Source: an uncultured Granulosicoccaceae bacterium (lineage in GTDB: Bacteria > Pseudomonadota > Gammaproteobacteria > Granulosicoccales > Granulosicoccaceae). From it: a stretch of DNA of 64,000 bases. Under the pieces are notes generated by a model. The model had not been told where the DNA came from and ran no database searches. It saw only the letters and a program-made list of their open reading frames with translations. The stretch is from assembly GCA_964583825.1 (NCBI GenBank), contig CAZOXM010000009.1:6538-70537 (forward strand), read 5' to 3'. Shown in pieces: positions 8,691-17,851 of this stretch. The number at the start of each line of letters is the position of its first letter. The stretch's first letter is position 1. The translations under genes were made by a program, and so were the position numbers.

Positions 8691-9860
8691 TCAGTCCCGC
8701 CGCAGCGCCGCTGAGGTAGCGATCGGCGTCGGGTAATGCCTGACGATCCAGAACGAGGAAAATACAAATGTCATGATGGTGGCCGTCTGCACCAGCAGTG
8801 ACGCGCGATCCGTGATGACGCCGGCGTTCAGTGCAACCACCGCCACCAGCAGGGAAAATTCACTGATTTGTCCCAGTCGAATACCGATTTCACTGGCCAG
8901 TTTTTTCTTCTCCTGCTCGCGGCGCAGCAACAGATTGAAAATCAGCGGTTTGAATATAATCATCGTGACGGCGAGCAGTGTCGCCGGCAGCAGCACCTGC
9001 GGCACCGAGACGATATCGAAGCCCGCTCCCAGTCCGAAGAAAAACATCACCAGAAAGAAATCTCTCAGGGGTTTCAGGCTTTCTGCGATATAGCGTGCGA
9101 TGGGATTCGCGGCGAGCGTAACGCCGGCGATAAAGGCACCGACCTCGTGTGACAGCGATGTTATGTGCGCCAGTTCGGCCAGCCCCATGCACCAGCCGAT
9201 GGTCAATAGAAAGATGTATTCATTGATCTGATCGAATCGTTGCAGCAACCGGGAAAGTACTTTTTTTGAAACAAAGTAGGCCACCACACTCAGCAGTGGC
9301 AGCGCGATCAGCATCAGCGTTATCTGTGGCAGTGCGGAACTGCCCGAACCGAGCCCTTCGACCAGCAGAAGCACGGTGACGGCGATAATATCCTGAAGCA
9401 ACAGGATGCTGATGATGATCTCCCCCATCCGCTGGTGATGCAGCGCGCTGGTCGGCAACAGCTTCAGACCGATGATGGTGGATGAGAACATCATCGCCGC
9501 CGCAATGACGATGCTGTCGGTCGGGACAAAACCGAAGCTCATCGCGATCACGAAACCAAACAGGGCGAAGCAGACGCTGCTTAGTACCGTGACCACTGTT
9601 GCCTCGCGCAGCAGTTTGATCAGTTCATCCGGCTCCAGGTTCAGACCCAGCAAAAACAGCAGGAAAATAATGCCCACCCTGGCAATGTTGTCCACCAGGG
9701 CCGGATCCGGTACCAGGCCGAGTACGTGAGGGCCTGCAATCAGGCCAAGTGCAATATAGGCAAGCAATACCGACTGTCTTGCAAACAGGGCCGCGGTCGC
9801 AATCAGGGCACCGCCGGTGAATATCAGGAAGACGGTAAATAATACCGATGCTTCGGTCAC
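8691..9860 (-). CDS. Cation:proton antiporter (CPA2 / Kef-type membrane domain only), 389 aa
   Basis: Polytopic throughout. N-terminal LAYIALGLIAGPHVLGLV and central SHEVGAFIAGVTLA fit the Na+/H+-exchanger family pattern. No C-terminal KTN/TrkA domain. Confidence 0.8.
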   Translation of the reverse strand: MTEASVLFTVFLIFTGGALIATAALFARQSVLLAYIALGLIAGPHVLGLVPDPALVDNIARVGIIFLLFLLGLNLEPDELIKLLREATVVTVLSSVCFALFGFVIAMSFGFVPTDSIVIAAAMMFSSTIIGLKLLPTSALHHQRMGEIIISILLLQDIIAVTVLLLVEGLGSGSSALPQITLMLIALPLLSVVAYFVSKKVLSRLLQRFDQINEYIFLLTIGWCMGLAELAHITSLSHEVGAFIAGVTLAANPIARYIAESLKPLRDFFLVMFFFGLGAGFDIVSVPQVLLPATLLAVTMIIFKPLIFNLLLRREQEKKKLASEIGIRLGQISEFSLLVAVVALNAGVITDRASLLVQTATIMTFVFSSFWIVRHYPTPIATSAALRRD

Positions 9861-10207
9861 TTCGCTTGTGTCCCGGGATTAAAAGGAGCGGATCGCACCG
9901 CAAACCGGGCGCGCGTTAAAGTTCGATAGTGCGCTGTGCTGAGGGCAGGCGGGCGCACGCCTTATCTATGATAGTCGGGGCACCGCCTTTCTGCAGAATG
10001 ATCTATTTTAGATTCTTGTTACCCGGGCTTTGCCGTCACGCGACACCGGGCCGTCTCCCCGACGACTTGCCATTGGCCCGGTTGCCGCTTGCAAATGTGG
10101 TGCACATCAGAGGTCGTTGCGGTGTATTATCGACGGTTTGACCCACGAAGTATGGTGAGCAGGGCGCAGAGCGCTCGCATGCCACTTCACTGACCAGTAC
10201 AGATGCC

Positions 10208-10636
10208 ATGGAACGTATTCCTGAATTTGTTGCCAATCACCCGATTCTGTTTTTTGCCCTCGCGCTGGTCATCGGCATGATCGCGTTCTACGAGTACCAG
10301 CGGAACTTCTCGGGTATAAAACAGCTGAGCCCGATCGAAGCGACGCGCCTGCAGAATGATGAAGACGGTATTTTCATCGATGTGCGTGAAGATTCGGAGT
10401 ATAAGCGCGGGCATGTGTTATCCGCGCGGCATATGCCATTGTCGAGCTTCGATAAGCGCATGACCGAGCTTGAAAAATCGAAAGACAAGCCAATGATTGT
10501 CTATTGCGCTACCGGTGCCCGGGCGTCACGTGCCGCCGGTAAACTGAAAAAGGCAGAGTTCCCGTCCGTCTACACGCTGCAGGGCGGTATGGGCGGCTGG
10601 GAGAAGGCCAATATGCCGGTCAGCACCAAGGGCTGA
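10208..10636 (+). CDS. Membrane-anchored rhodanese-domain protein (YibN-like), 142 aa
   Basis: N-terminal TM. Rhodanese fold with active-site loop CATGARAS. Occupies the yibN position upstream of grxC-secB-gpsA, as in E. coli. Confidence 0.85.
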   Translation: MERIPEFVANHPILFFALALVIGMIAFYEYQRNFSGIKQLSPIEATRLQNDEDGIFIDVREDSEYKRGHVLSARHMPLSSFDKRMTELEKSKDKPMIVYCATGARASRAAGKLKKAEFPSVYTLQGGMGGWEKANMPVSTKG

Positions 10637-10676
10637 CACACCGCTACAGCGAACGCACGCAGTGCGTGGAGTCAAC

Positions 10677-10958
10677 ATGAATGAAAACCGTCCCGCCGTC
10701 CTGATATACGAGACCGGTCTTTGTGGCTTTTGCCGCGCGGCCAAAAAGCTGCTGGACGGTAAAGGGGTCGCCTACGACACCATTCGTGTGGATAAGGACG
10801 ATGAGCAAAAACAGATAATGATGCAGCGCAGCGGGCGGCGAACGGTGCCACAGATCTTCATTGGCGACCATCACGTCGGTGGCTTTGATGACTTGCACGA
10901 ACTCGAAAGCGATGGCGAGCTTGATGCATTACTTCGCCAAAATAGTGCAGACTCCTGA
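10677..10958 (+). CDS. grxC: Glutaredoxin 3
   Basis: VLIYETGLCGFCRAAKKLL (CxxC site, here CGFC) and RRTVPQIFIGDHHVGGFDDL signature. ATG 10677 with GGAG 5 nt upstream is preferred over the in-frame GTG 10662 used by the ORF track. Confidence 0.9.
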   Translation: MNENRPAVLIYETGLCGFCRAAKKLLDGKGVAYDTIRVDKDDEQKQIMMQRSGRRTVPQIFIGDHHVGGFDDLHELESDGELDALLRQNSADS

Positions 10959-11014
10959 AGTCCGATTGGCAGTCTGCCTGAACCAACTTTTCATCTTAAA
11001 CAAGGGCGCCATTT

Positions 11015-11512
11015 ATGGCTGAAGAAACTGCTGCCGGTGAAGCCGGTAAACAACAGACGTACCGTGTGCAAAAGGTCTTCATTAAGGATCTTTCCTTCGA
11101 AACGCCACGATCCACAGAGATTTTTACCCAGCAGGCGCAGTGGAAGCCCGAGGTGAAGGTACAGCTCAATACAGAAAGTAAAAACATAAAAGACAATCTG
11201 TATGAGTGCACTCTGATGATTACGGTGACGGTTGAGCTCGAAGGCAAGCCCGCCTATCTTGCCGAAGTGCAGCAGTCCGGGCTGTTTTCGATCTCCGGAT
11301 TCGGTGAGGGTGAGATGGGCCATCTGCTCGGCAGCTACACGCCAAGTGTGCTGTTTCCGTTTGCGCGGGAGGTCGTCTGTGACCTGGCGGTGAAAGGCGG
11401 GTTCCCTCAGCTGTTGCTCGATCCGATTAATTTCGATGCGTTGTATGCTCAGCACATGAGCGCCGGACAGTCAAAAGAGCAGAACGCGCCGGCGCCCGAG
11501 ACGCAGCAGTAA
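11015..11512 (+). CDS. secB: Protein-export chaperone SecB
   Basis: YRVQKVFIKDLSFETP...AYLAEVQQSGLFSISGF...LLGSYTPSVLFPFAREVVCDLAVKGGFPQLLLDPINFDALY is unmistakably SecB. Conserved grxC-secB-gpsA order. Confidence 0.95.
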   Translation: MAEETAAGEAGKQQTYRVQKVFIKDLSFETPRSTEIFTQQAQWKPEVKVQLNTESKNIKDNLYECTLMITVTVELEGKPAYLAEVQQSGLFSISGFGEGEMGHLLGSYTPSVLFPFAREVVCDLAVKGGFPQLLLDPINFDALYAQHMSAGQSKEQNAPAPETQQ

Positions 11513-11563
11513 CGTTTTTTACCGCACCATCGACGTGGGTCGTACCGGCCCGCCGTCATTGCA

Positions 11564-12580
11564 ATGACCCGGACTGATTCCGCCACACCCCGCTTCTGTG
11601 TACTTGGTGCCGGCAGCTGGGGTACCGCACTCGCGAGTCATCTGTCCGCCTGTGGTCATACAGTTACCTTGTGGGGGCGTTGTGCAGAAAGCATGGCGTG
11701 CATGCAGGCGAGTGGCTGTAACGAGCGATATCTGCCGGGTTACCCGCTGAATTCCTCGCTGCGGTTCTCCAGTGACCTTGAAAGTGCGTTAAAGCACAGC
11801 ACCGAAGTGCTGGTGTCGGTGCCGAGCCACAGCTTTGCATCGATGATTGACTGCATCAATCGCTATGCGACTGCGGACTGCCGGGTAATGTGGGCATGCA
11901 AGGGGTTTGCGCCGGATTCTTATAAACTGCTGAGCGATGTCGTTGCAGTGCAGCGCCCGCAGCAGGAATGTGCCGTCGTGTCCGGGCCCTCGTTTGCCGC
12001 TGAACTGGTGCAGGGGCTTCCCACCGCGATTACCGTTGCCGCCAGTACGCAGCGCCATGCATTGCAGGTGTCGCAGTGGTTTCAAAGCGATTATTTTCGC
12101 GCCTACCCGACGGATGACATTCGCGGTGTTCAACTCGGCGGCGCACTGAAGAACATCTATGCGATTGCCGCGGGTATTTCCGATGGCCTGGGTTTTGGCG
12201 CCAACGCCCGTGCCGCGCTGATTACACGAGGCCTGGCGGAGCTTATGCGGCTGGCTGACATGCTGGGCGCGCGCCGCGATACATTGATGGGGCTGTCCGG
12301 TATGGGTGATCTGATACTTACCTGCACCGATGATAAATCGCGCAATCGTCGCTTTGGGCTGGCCATTGCGCAGGGCTTGTCCGTCGATCAGGCATTGGAT
12401 CAGATAGGCCAGTCGGTTGAAGGGGTCGCTGCTACCACTGCCGCCCGCAAGCTTGCCGGTGACAACACAATCGAACTGCCGATCGTTGAGCAACTGCATT
12501 GCGTGCTGCAGGAGGGAAAGGCAGCCGGTGATGCAGTCAGCGCCCTGTTGTCGAGAGAAATAAAAACCGAGTTTCGCTGA
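11564..12580 (+). CDS. gpsA: NAD(P)H-dependent glycerol-3-phosphate dehydrogenase
   Basis: Rossmann motif [47 protein letters not shown]-type core, 338 aa, plus synteny. Confidence 0.95.
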   Translation: [338 protein letters not shown]

Positions 12581-12588
12581 GCGCCTTT

Positions 12589-13059
12589 TCAGGGCCGCTG
12601 GCTGCTACTCCCAAAGCCGTTCTGCCGCCAGGCTTCGTAACCTGCGACAGCGACTACGTTGGACAGGTTGAGACTGCGGCTGTTTGCCTGCATGGGCAGC
12701 ACCACTTTGTGTTCTTCCTTAAAGGACTGCAGCACCCGTGATGGCAGACCGCGCGTTTCCGGTCCGAACAGCAGACTGTCCCCGGGCTGGTAGTGAATAC
12801 GGTCGAAGCGAGTGGCCCCTTTGGTGGTAAACGCGTAGACGGATTGCGGTCGATCCGCCAGATAATCATCCAGCGACGGCCAGCGCACCACGGAGGTGAG
12901 ATCCCGATAATCCAGCCCCGCGCGGCGCAGCTGTTTTTCTGCCAGACTGAATCCCAGTGGCTCTATCAGGTGCAGCGCAAAGCCGGTATTTGCACAAAGT
13001 CGGATGATATTGCCGGTATTAGGTGGAATTTCCGGTTCAAACAGGACAATATTAAACAT
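12589..13059 (-). CDS. trmL: tRNA (cytidine/uridine-2'-O)-methyltransferase TrmL (SpoU/TrmH-type)
   Basis: MFNIVLFEPEIPPNTGNIIRLCANTG...LLFGPETRGLP...NLSN. 156 aa. Neighbour of gpsA, as yibK is in enterics. Confidence 0.9.
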   Translation of the reverse strand: MFNIVLFEPEIPPNTGNIIRLCANTGFALHLIEPLGFSLAEKQLRRAGLDYRDLTSVVRWPSLDDYLADRPQSVYAFTTKGATRFDRIHYQPGDSLLFGPETRGLPSRVLQSFKEEHKVVLPMQANSRSLNLSNVVAVAGYEAWRQNGFGSSSQRP

Positions 13060-13141
13060 AGAAGTGATGTCTGGTACGTGAATTGCGGCGCTGGACCAAT
13101 GCGTAAGTGGTATGGAAGTAACGGTAGTTAAGAGGTGAGAA

Positions 13142-14845
13142 GTGGTGGTATCTGTTATTCCCGGTCGTTTAATTTATTTACTGGTGTTGCCGGGCGCCGT
13201 GTTGTTGTCGGGATGTTACGCTAAAAACCAACCGGCAGTCCCCGCCGTCACACCGTCCGAGGTGTTTGACGAACCGCCAGCAGTGCCAACACCCGCAGTC
13301 GATTCCGCTCCGATTCCCGAACTGTCCCCGGCGTCTGCCTGGCTGACGCGTGATGCCGTCGCGCGACCGACTGTTGAGCGCCGCATCCGCGCCCCGGACG
13401 ACGCGCTATACACGGTAGCGGTTAAACAGCTGCCGGTGAACGAAGTGTTGTTTGCGCTGGCACAGGACACGTCGCTGGACCTTGAAATCATCGGTGACAT
13501 CAACGGCGATATCACGCTTAATGCGGTGCGTCAGCCGCTTGAAAAGATACTGGATAAAATTGCCGCGCAGGTGCCACTGCGCCATTCGGTGCGCGACGGT
13601 GCGATAGTGATTGAGGCGGATCTGCCGTTTATTCGCACCTATCGGGTCGATTACCTGAATATTGCACGCACCACTGAAACCAGTGTTGAACTGGCTACAC
13701 AGGTAGGCAGTATTCGCAACGAAGCCGGCGGTGATGCGTCTTCCCGATCATCCAACGGCTCGCAAATGCGCATCGAAAACAGCTCCGAGAATCGTTTCTG
13801 GGAAGCATTGGCCGGCAGTATCGCAGGCATTATAGGATCTGCGGATGAAAGCGGCAGTGAGTCATTGTTCGTTAACCCGGAGGCCGGTCTGATTACCGTT
13901 CGCGCCGACAGTCGACAACACGCCATTATCGATGAACTGATTGCAGGCACGGTTAGCAGCGCACGGCGCCAGGTGCTGATCGAAGCGACTGTGGTTGAGG
14001 TGACCCTGAACAACAACTATGAATCGGGCGTCGACTGGTCGTTGCTCGATAATAACGGCGGTGAAGCACTGGAGTACGCACAGGTACTTGCGGGGCTGCC
14101 CGGTGCCGCCAGTGCGGCCGCTACGCCCGACGCACTGCTGACCTATCGCAACAGCGGCAGGTATGGCGATGTCACCGCGACATTAAGACTGCTGCAACAG
14201 TTTGGTGATGTGCAGGTGCTTTCGAGCCCCAAGATCATCGCCATGAATAACCAGCCTGCGGTGTTGAAGGTGGTCGACAACCGGGTGTACTTTACGTTCC
14301 AGGTTAATCAGCAGCAGCGTGAAAACGGTGAGGTGCAAACCCTGATCGACAGTACCGTGCATTCGGTGCCTGTGGGCCTCGTGATGCACGTGACTGCGTT
14401 TGTCTCCGAGGACGACGAGGTGGTGCTGAATGTGCGACCGACTATTTCGCGTATCCTTAACTTTGCTGAAGATCCGGGCCCGGCGCTGGCCGGCCAGTCG
14501 CAGATCAGGAACCTGATCCCTGAAATACAGGTACGTGAAATGGAGTCAATGTTGCGAGTCAGCAGCGGACAGGTCGCAATCATCGGTGGGCTAATGCAAA
14601 ATAGAGCCGACAGCCGTACTGCCGGCCTGCCCGGAATTTCACGTGTGCCGTTGCTGGGCAAGCTGTTTTCGCGCGATACCGACACGCTGGAAAAAACCGA
14701 GCTTCTGGTGTTTCTGCGTCCGACCGTTATTCATGAAAAAGAGTTACGACATCACACACAGCAACTGCGGCGTTTTATGCCGGTATCAGAAGGCAACCTG
14801 CTGCAGTCCGGACTCAATGTTGCCCCTGGAAGGCCACTCAGGTAA
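13142..14845 (+). CDS. Secretin-family outer-membrane lipoprotein, MshL-like (type IV pilus / T2SS secretin), 567 aa
   Basis: Lipobox LLSGC. Secretin core VLIEATVVEVTLNNNYESGVDW, VLSSPKIIAMNNQPAVLKVVDN, IGGLMQNRADSRTAGLPGISRVPLLGKLF...TELLVFLRPTVI. GTG start with gaggtgag RBS. Confidence 0.85.
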   Translation: MVVSVIPGRLIYLLVLPGAVLLSGCYAKNQPAVPAVTPSEVFDEPPAVPTPAVDSAPIPELSPASAWLTRDAVARPTVERRIRAPDDALYTVAVKQLPVNEVLFALAQDTSLDLEIIGDINGDITLNAVRQPLEKILDKIAAQVPLRHSVRDGAIVIEADLPFIRTYRVDYLNIARTTETSVELATQVGSIRNEAGGDASSRSSNGSQMRIENSSENRFWEALAGSIAGIIGSADESGSESLFVNPEAGLITVRADSRQHAIIDELIAGTVSSARRQVLIEATVVEVTLNNNYESGVDWSLLDNNGGEALEYAQVLAGLPGAASAAATPDALLTYRNSGRYGDVTATLRLLQQFGDVQVLSSPKIIAMNNQPAVLKVVDNRVYFTFQVNQQQRENGEVQTLIDSTVHSVPVGLVMHVTAFVSEDDEVVLNVRPTISRILNFAEDPGPALAGQSQIRNLIPEIQVREMESMLRVSSGQVAIIGGLMQNRADSRTAGLPGISRVPLLGKLFSRDTDTLEKTELLVFLRPTVIHEKELRHHTQQLRRFMPVSEGNLLQSGLNVAPGRPLR

Positions 14846-14888
14846 TGTTTAATTTACCACTGATGTTTATTGCAATTACCACGCTACG

Positions 14889-16253
14889 ATGAGCAACAAA
14901 GCGGTACAGCAAACCGGGATACCGTTTGTCGATGTCGACAACCTGCCCGATTCAGCGGTCGGACAACCACCGTCTGGCGAGGAAGCACCGGTGGCAGGCG
15001 GACCGTTCGTCGAATCAAATCCCGATACCGTGTCGCCACTGACGGTTGGGCTGGATTCTATTTTCTATATTATCTGTGCGCTTGCAGGGCTTGGGCTGGT
15101 CGGTAGTTTATACGCACTTATCTCCCACAATAATGCCTACTTCGATCGCGAGTTCGAGCAACTGCAACGCGAAACCGCTGCGCTAAATGCACGGCTTGAG
15201 CAGGTCAGCGAGCGTGATACGACGTTGCAACCGGCACCGGAGGTCGCTGCACCGGTCACCGCTGTGGTGACACAGCCCGTGGTGATTGCTGAAGAAGTTA
15301 ACACTGAACCTGAAGCCGACACTTTGTCGGAAACTACTGCGCGTGTGCCAGACAACTCACCCGACATCGTGGTTGATTCTGTCGCGCCGATGCGTGTGCC
15401 GCCAAGGCCGGTTGTATCCACCGATGCGTCAGTGGAGATTGACGCGCTGCGAGCAGAGTTAAACAAGCTGCGTTCAGTCGTTGATGCACAGGAAGATCAG
15501 ATACAGCAGCTGCTGCGACAGGACCGCGAAGTGACGGCCACACCGGTACAGGAAAGTGCGACCGTACAGTGGCTGGAGACTGACGATATGTCGACGGACA
15601 CAGCATCGTCGACAATGCCCGAAAGGGCACAAGCGCAGACCAGCATGGACCCTGTGACGTTTGCAGAAGCGGAACCGCAAATCTCCGACAGTGGTATGAG
15701 TGACGCGTACCAGGCGTATCAGCGACAGGACTACGAAACGGCGCTGCGCATTTATCAGAGCGTCGTGCAGTTTGACCCGTATCACCGCGATGCCAGTCTC
15801 GGTGCTGCTGCAAGTGCTTATCGGTTGGCGGACTATGTTCTTGCCGAACAGTTGTATCGACATTTGCTTTCACTCGACGCGCTCGATGGCGCTGCGTTCG
15901 CCGGACTGTTAAATCTGGTTCAGCAAAATCCGCAGCGTGGCATCATTGAACTGGAGTTACAGCAGCATGCTGAACAGCATGGCAGACCATCGCCGCTGAT
16001 CATGCTGCTTGGCAATCACTTTGCCCGCCTTGGGCGCTGGCGCGATGCAGAGGTGGCATTTTCGCAGGCGTTGCAGGAGCGGAGCGATGATCCGGATCTG
16101 GTGTTTAACTACGCGGTGGTGCTGGATAATCTCGGTCAGCGTCAGCGTGCCGCGAGTTATTATCAGGCAGCCGTAGAGGCAAGTACCACCAGCGCTCACT
16201 CGTTCGATCTTGAAGGTGCAAAAAAACGACTACAATCGTTGTTGTCCGGCTAG
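14889..16253 (+). CDS. Single-pass membrane protein with coiled coil and C-terminal TPR repeats (MshN-like), 454 aa
   Basis: TM IFYIICALAGLGLVGSLYALI. Coiled coil FEQLQRETAALNARLEQ. TPR-like repeats AYQAYQRQDYETALRIYQSVVQFDP, LGNHFARLGRWRDAEVAFSQALQ, NYAVVLDNLGQRQRAASYYQAAVE. Lies directly downstream of the secretin. Confidence 0.6.
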   Translation: MSNKAVQQTGIPFVDVDNLPDSAVGQPPSGEEAPVAGGPFVESNPDTVSPLTVGLDSIFYIICALAGLGLVGSLYALISHNNAYFDREFEQLQRETAALNARLEQVSERDTTLQPAPEVAAPVTAVVTQPVVIAEEVNTEPEADTLSETTARVPDNSPDIVVDSVAPMRVPPRPVVSTDASVEIDALRAELNKLRSVVDAQEDQIQQLLRQDREVTATPVQESATVQWLETDDMSTDTASSTMPERAQAQTSMDPVTFAEAEPQISDSGMSDAYQAYQRQDYETALRIYQSVVQFDPYHRDASLGAAASAYRLADYVLAEQLYRHLLSLDALDGAAFAGLLNLVQQNPQRGIIELELQQHAEQHGRPSPLIMLLGNHFARLGRWRDAEVAFSQALQERSDDPDLVFNYAVVLDNLGQRQRAASYYQAAVEASTTSAHSFDLEGAKKRLQSLLSG

Positions 16254-16529
16254 CGGGACGTGCGGAAAATTTGTCGCCGAACTTTCCAGACACCGCGCCC
16301 GGACTGTCATCGTCGTGACTCGGTGTGCGGCTGACTCACGACGGTTGGTGATGCGTCAGTCGCGCCGGCGCCTGATCAGCCAGGCGGCGTAAATATTGCT
16401 CTAGCCACCCTCTGTTATATACCGGCCCGTCAGTGGCCGGAACCTTCTGACATTTGATTGACGGGGACAGAGTTGGGCGAAGTGACATCCATTTGGGATT
16501 CGAAAAAGCCACGGGCCGAGCAGAGCTCG

Positions 16530-17477
16530 ATGGTGGAGATTGGTCGAGAGTCGATATTATCCCAGTCTGCGGCACTTGCCAGCATCGCCGGCGGCCTGGG
16601 CGACTCCTTTGACGATGCCATCAAGCTGATTGTTTCCTGTACCGGGCGGGTTATTGTCATCGGCATTGGTAAATCCGGTATTGTGGGTCAGAAAATTGCC
16701 GCCACACTGGCATCCACCGGTACTCCCTCATTTTATATTCACCCGGCTGAAGCGATCCACGGCGATCTGGGCATGATCACACCTCAGGATGTGGTCATGT
16801 TGATTTCAAACTCCGGTGGCACTGAAGAAGTCGTGAAGTTGCTGCCATCCATCAAGTACTTCGGCAACAAGATCATTGGATTGGTCGGACGTGAAGGCTC
16901 CAGTATCGGTAAATCCGCAGATGTCACTCTGGTGCTGCCGGTGGAGAGAGAAGTCTGTCCGCATAATCTGGCGCCCACTACCTCAACTCTGGTGACGATG
17001 GCCGTTGGGGATGCTATCGCGGTAGCCCTTATGCGTGCAAAGAATTTTGAACCGGCTGACTTTGCCCACTTTCATCCGGGGGGCATGCTCGGTAAGAGTC
17101 TGCACTCGCGGGTACGGGATGTGATGCGATCATCTGATCTGCCATTGTGTGATCCGGATGACGATATATCGACTGCCGTTATGGTGATGACCTCCACCCG
17201 CCTCGGTCTGGTGATTGTTCACCGTGATGAGCAAGTAGTCGGCATCTTCACCGATGGAGACCTGCGTCGGGCGATGCTCGATCAGGGCGAGGTGCTGTCA
17301 TCCACGGTGAGCGAATACATGTCTGAAAATCCGGTGTGTGTATCTGCCGACGACCTGATCAAGGATGCAGAAATACTGATGCGGGAACACAAGGTACGTG
17401 CACTGGTGGTGGTATCTTCCAGAGACCAGGAAGCACAGAAAATCTGTGGTGTGCTTGAAATCTTTGGCGGCGACTGA
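16530..17477 (+). CDS. kpsF: Arabinose-5-phosphate isomerase KpsF/GutQ type (SIS + tandem CBS)
   Basis: SIS motif GRVIVIGIGKSGIVGQKIAATLASTGTPSF, HPAEAIHGDLGMI, C-terminal CBS pair. ATG 16530 is preferred over the upstream alternative start at 16458. Confidence 0.9.
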   Translation: MVEIGRESILSQSAALASIAGGLGDSFDDAIKLIVSCTGRVIVIGIGKSGIVGQKIAATLASTGTPSFYIHPAEAIHGDLGMITPQDVVMLISNSGGTEEVVKLLPSIKYFGNKIIGLVGREGSSIGKSADVTLVLPVEREVCPHNLAPTTSTLVTMAVGDAIAVALMRAKNFEPADFAHFHPGGMLGKSLHSRVRDVMRSSDLPLCDPDDDISTAVMVMTSTRLGLVIVHRDEQVVGIFTDGDLRRAMLDQGEVLSSTVSEYMSENPVCVSADDLIKDAEILMREHKVRALVVVSSRDQEAQKICGVLEIFGGD

Positions 17478-17839
17478 TGAACAGGATAACCCGGGTTGCT
17501 GTATATCTACTGATTCCGATACTGGCCGCCTGTACGCGTATGCCGGTGGAGTATTCATCGCCTGTCGCGGCGGAACGCGCTTCAGTGTTCAGTACCAGTG
17601 ATCGGGCCTTGCTGTCATTGATTGCGGAATCACGGGTGGGTGCGGTTTCAACGCATGTCGATCCGGCTTCCGGCCTCGCCAGCACGGTACGCATCACGTC
17701 TGAATATTTTTCGGCTAATGGCCGCAGTTGCCGCCGTTTTACACAACATCTCTCGAATGCTGCACGCCCTGAAGACAGGCTCGCCTGCAGAACTCGCGAG
17801 GGCTGGCAGGAAATACCGATCGCCAGCATCGTCGAGTAA
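17477..17839 (+). CDS. Small lipoprotein of unknown function inside the kps operon, 120 aa
   Basis: Lipobox ILAAC. Its ATG shares one nt with the kpsF stop (TGATG, 17475-17479). The SANGRSCRRF motif recalls the small 'surface antigen' lipoprotein family (from memory only). Confidence 0.6.
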   Translation: MNRITRVAVYLLIPILAACTRMPVEYSSPVAAERASVFSTSDRALLSLIAESRVGAVSTHVDPASGLASTVRITSEYFSANGRSCRRFTQHLSNAARPEDRLACRTREGWQEIPIASIVE

Positions 17840-17851
17840 AGACGGCAATTA

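Noticed and set aside
11789-12499. 236-aa minus-strand ORF
   Set aside because: Antisense to gpsA, with no recognisable motifs.
16254-16529. ops/JUMPStart (GGCGGTAG) antitermination element upstream of the kps genes (also looked at 22063-22403 and 13060-13141)
   Set aside because: Only near-misses (ggcggcgta, aacggtag). No exact core found by eye.
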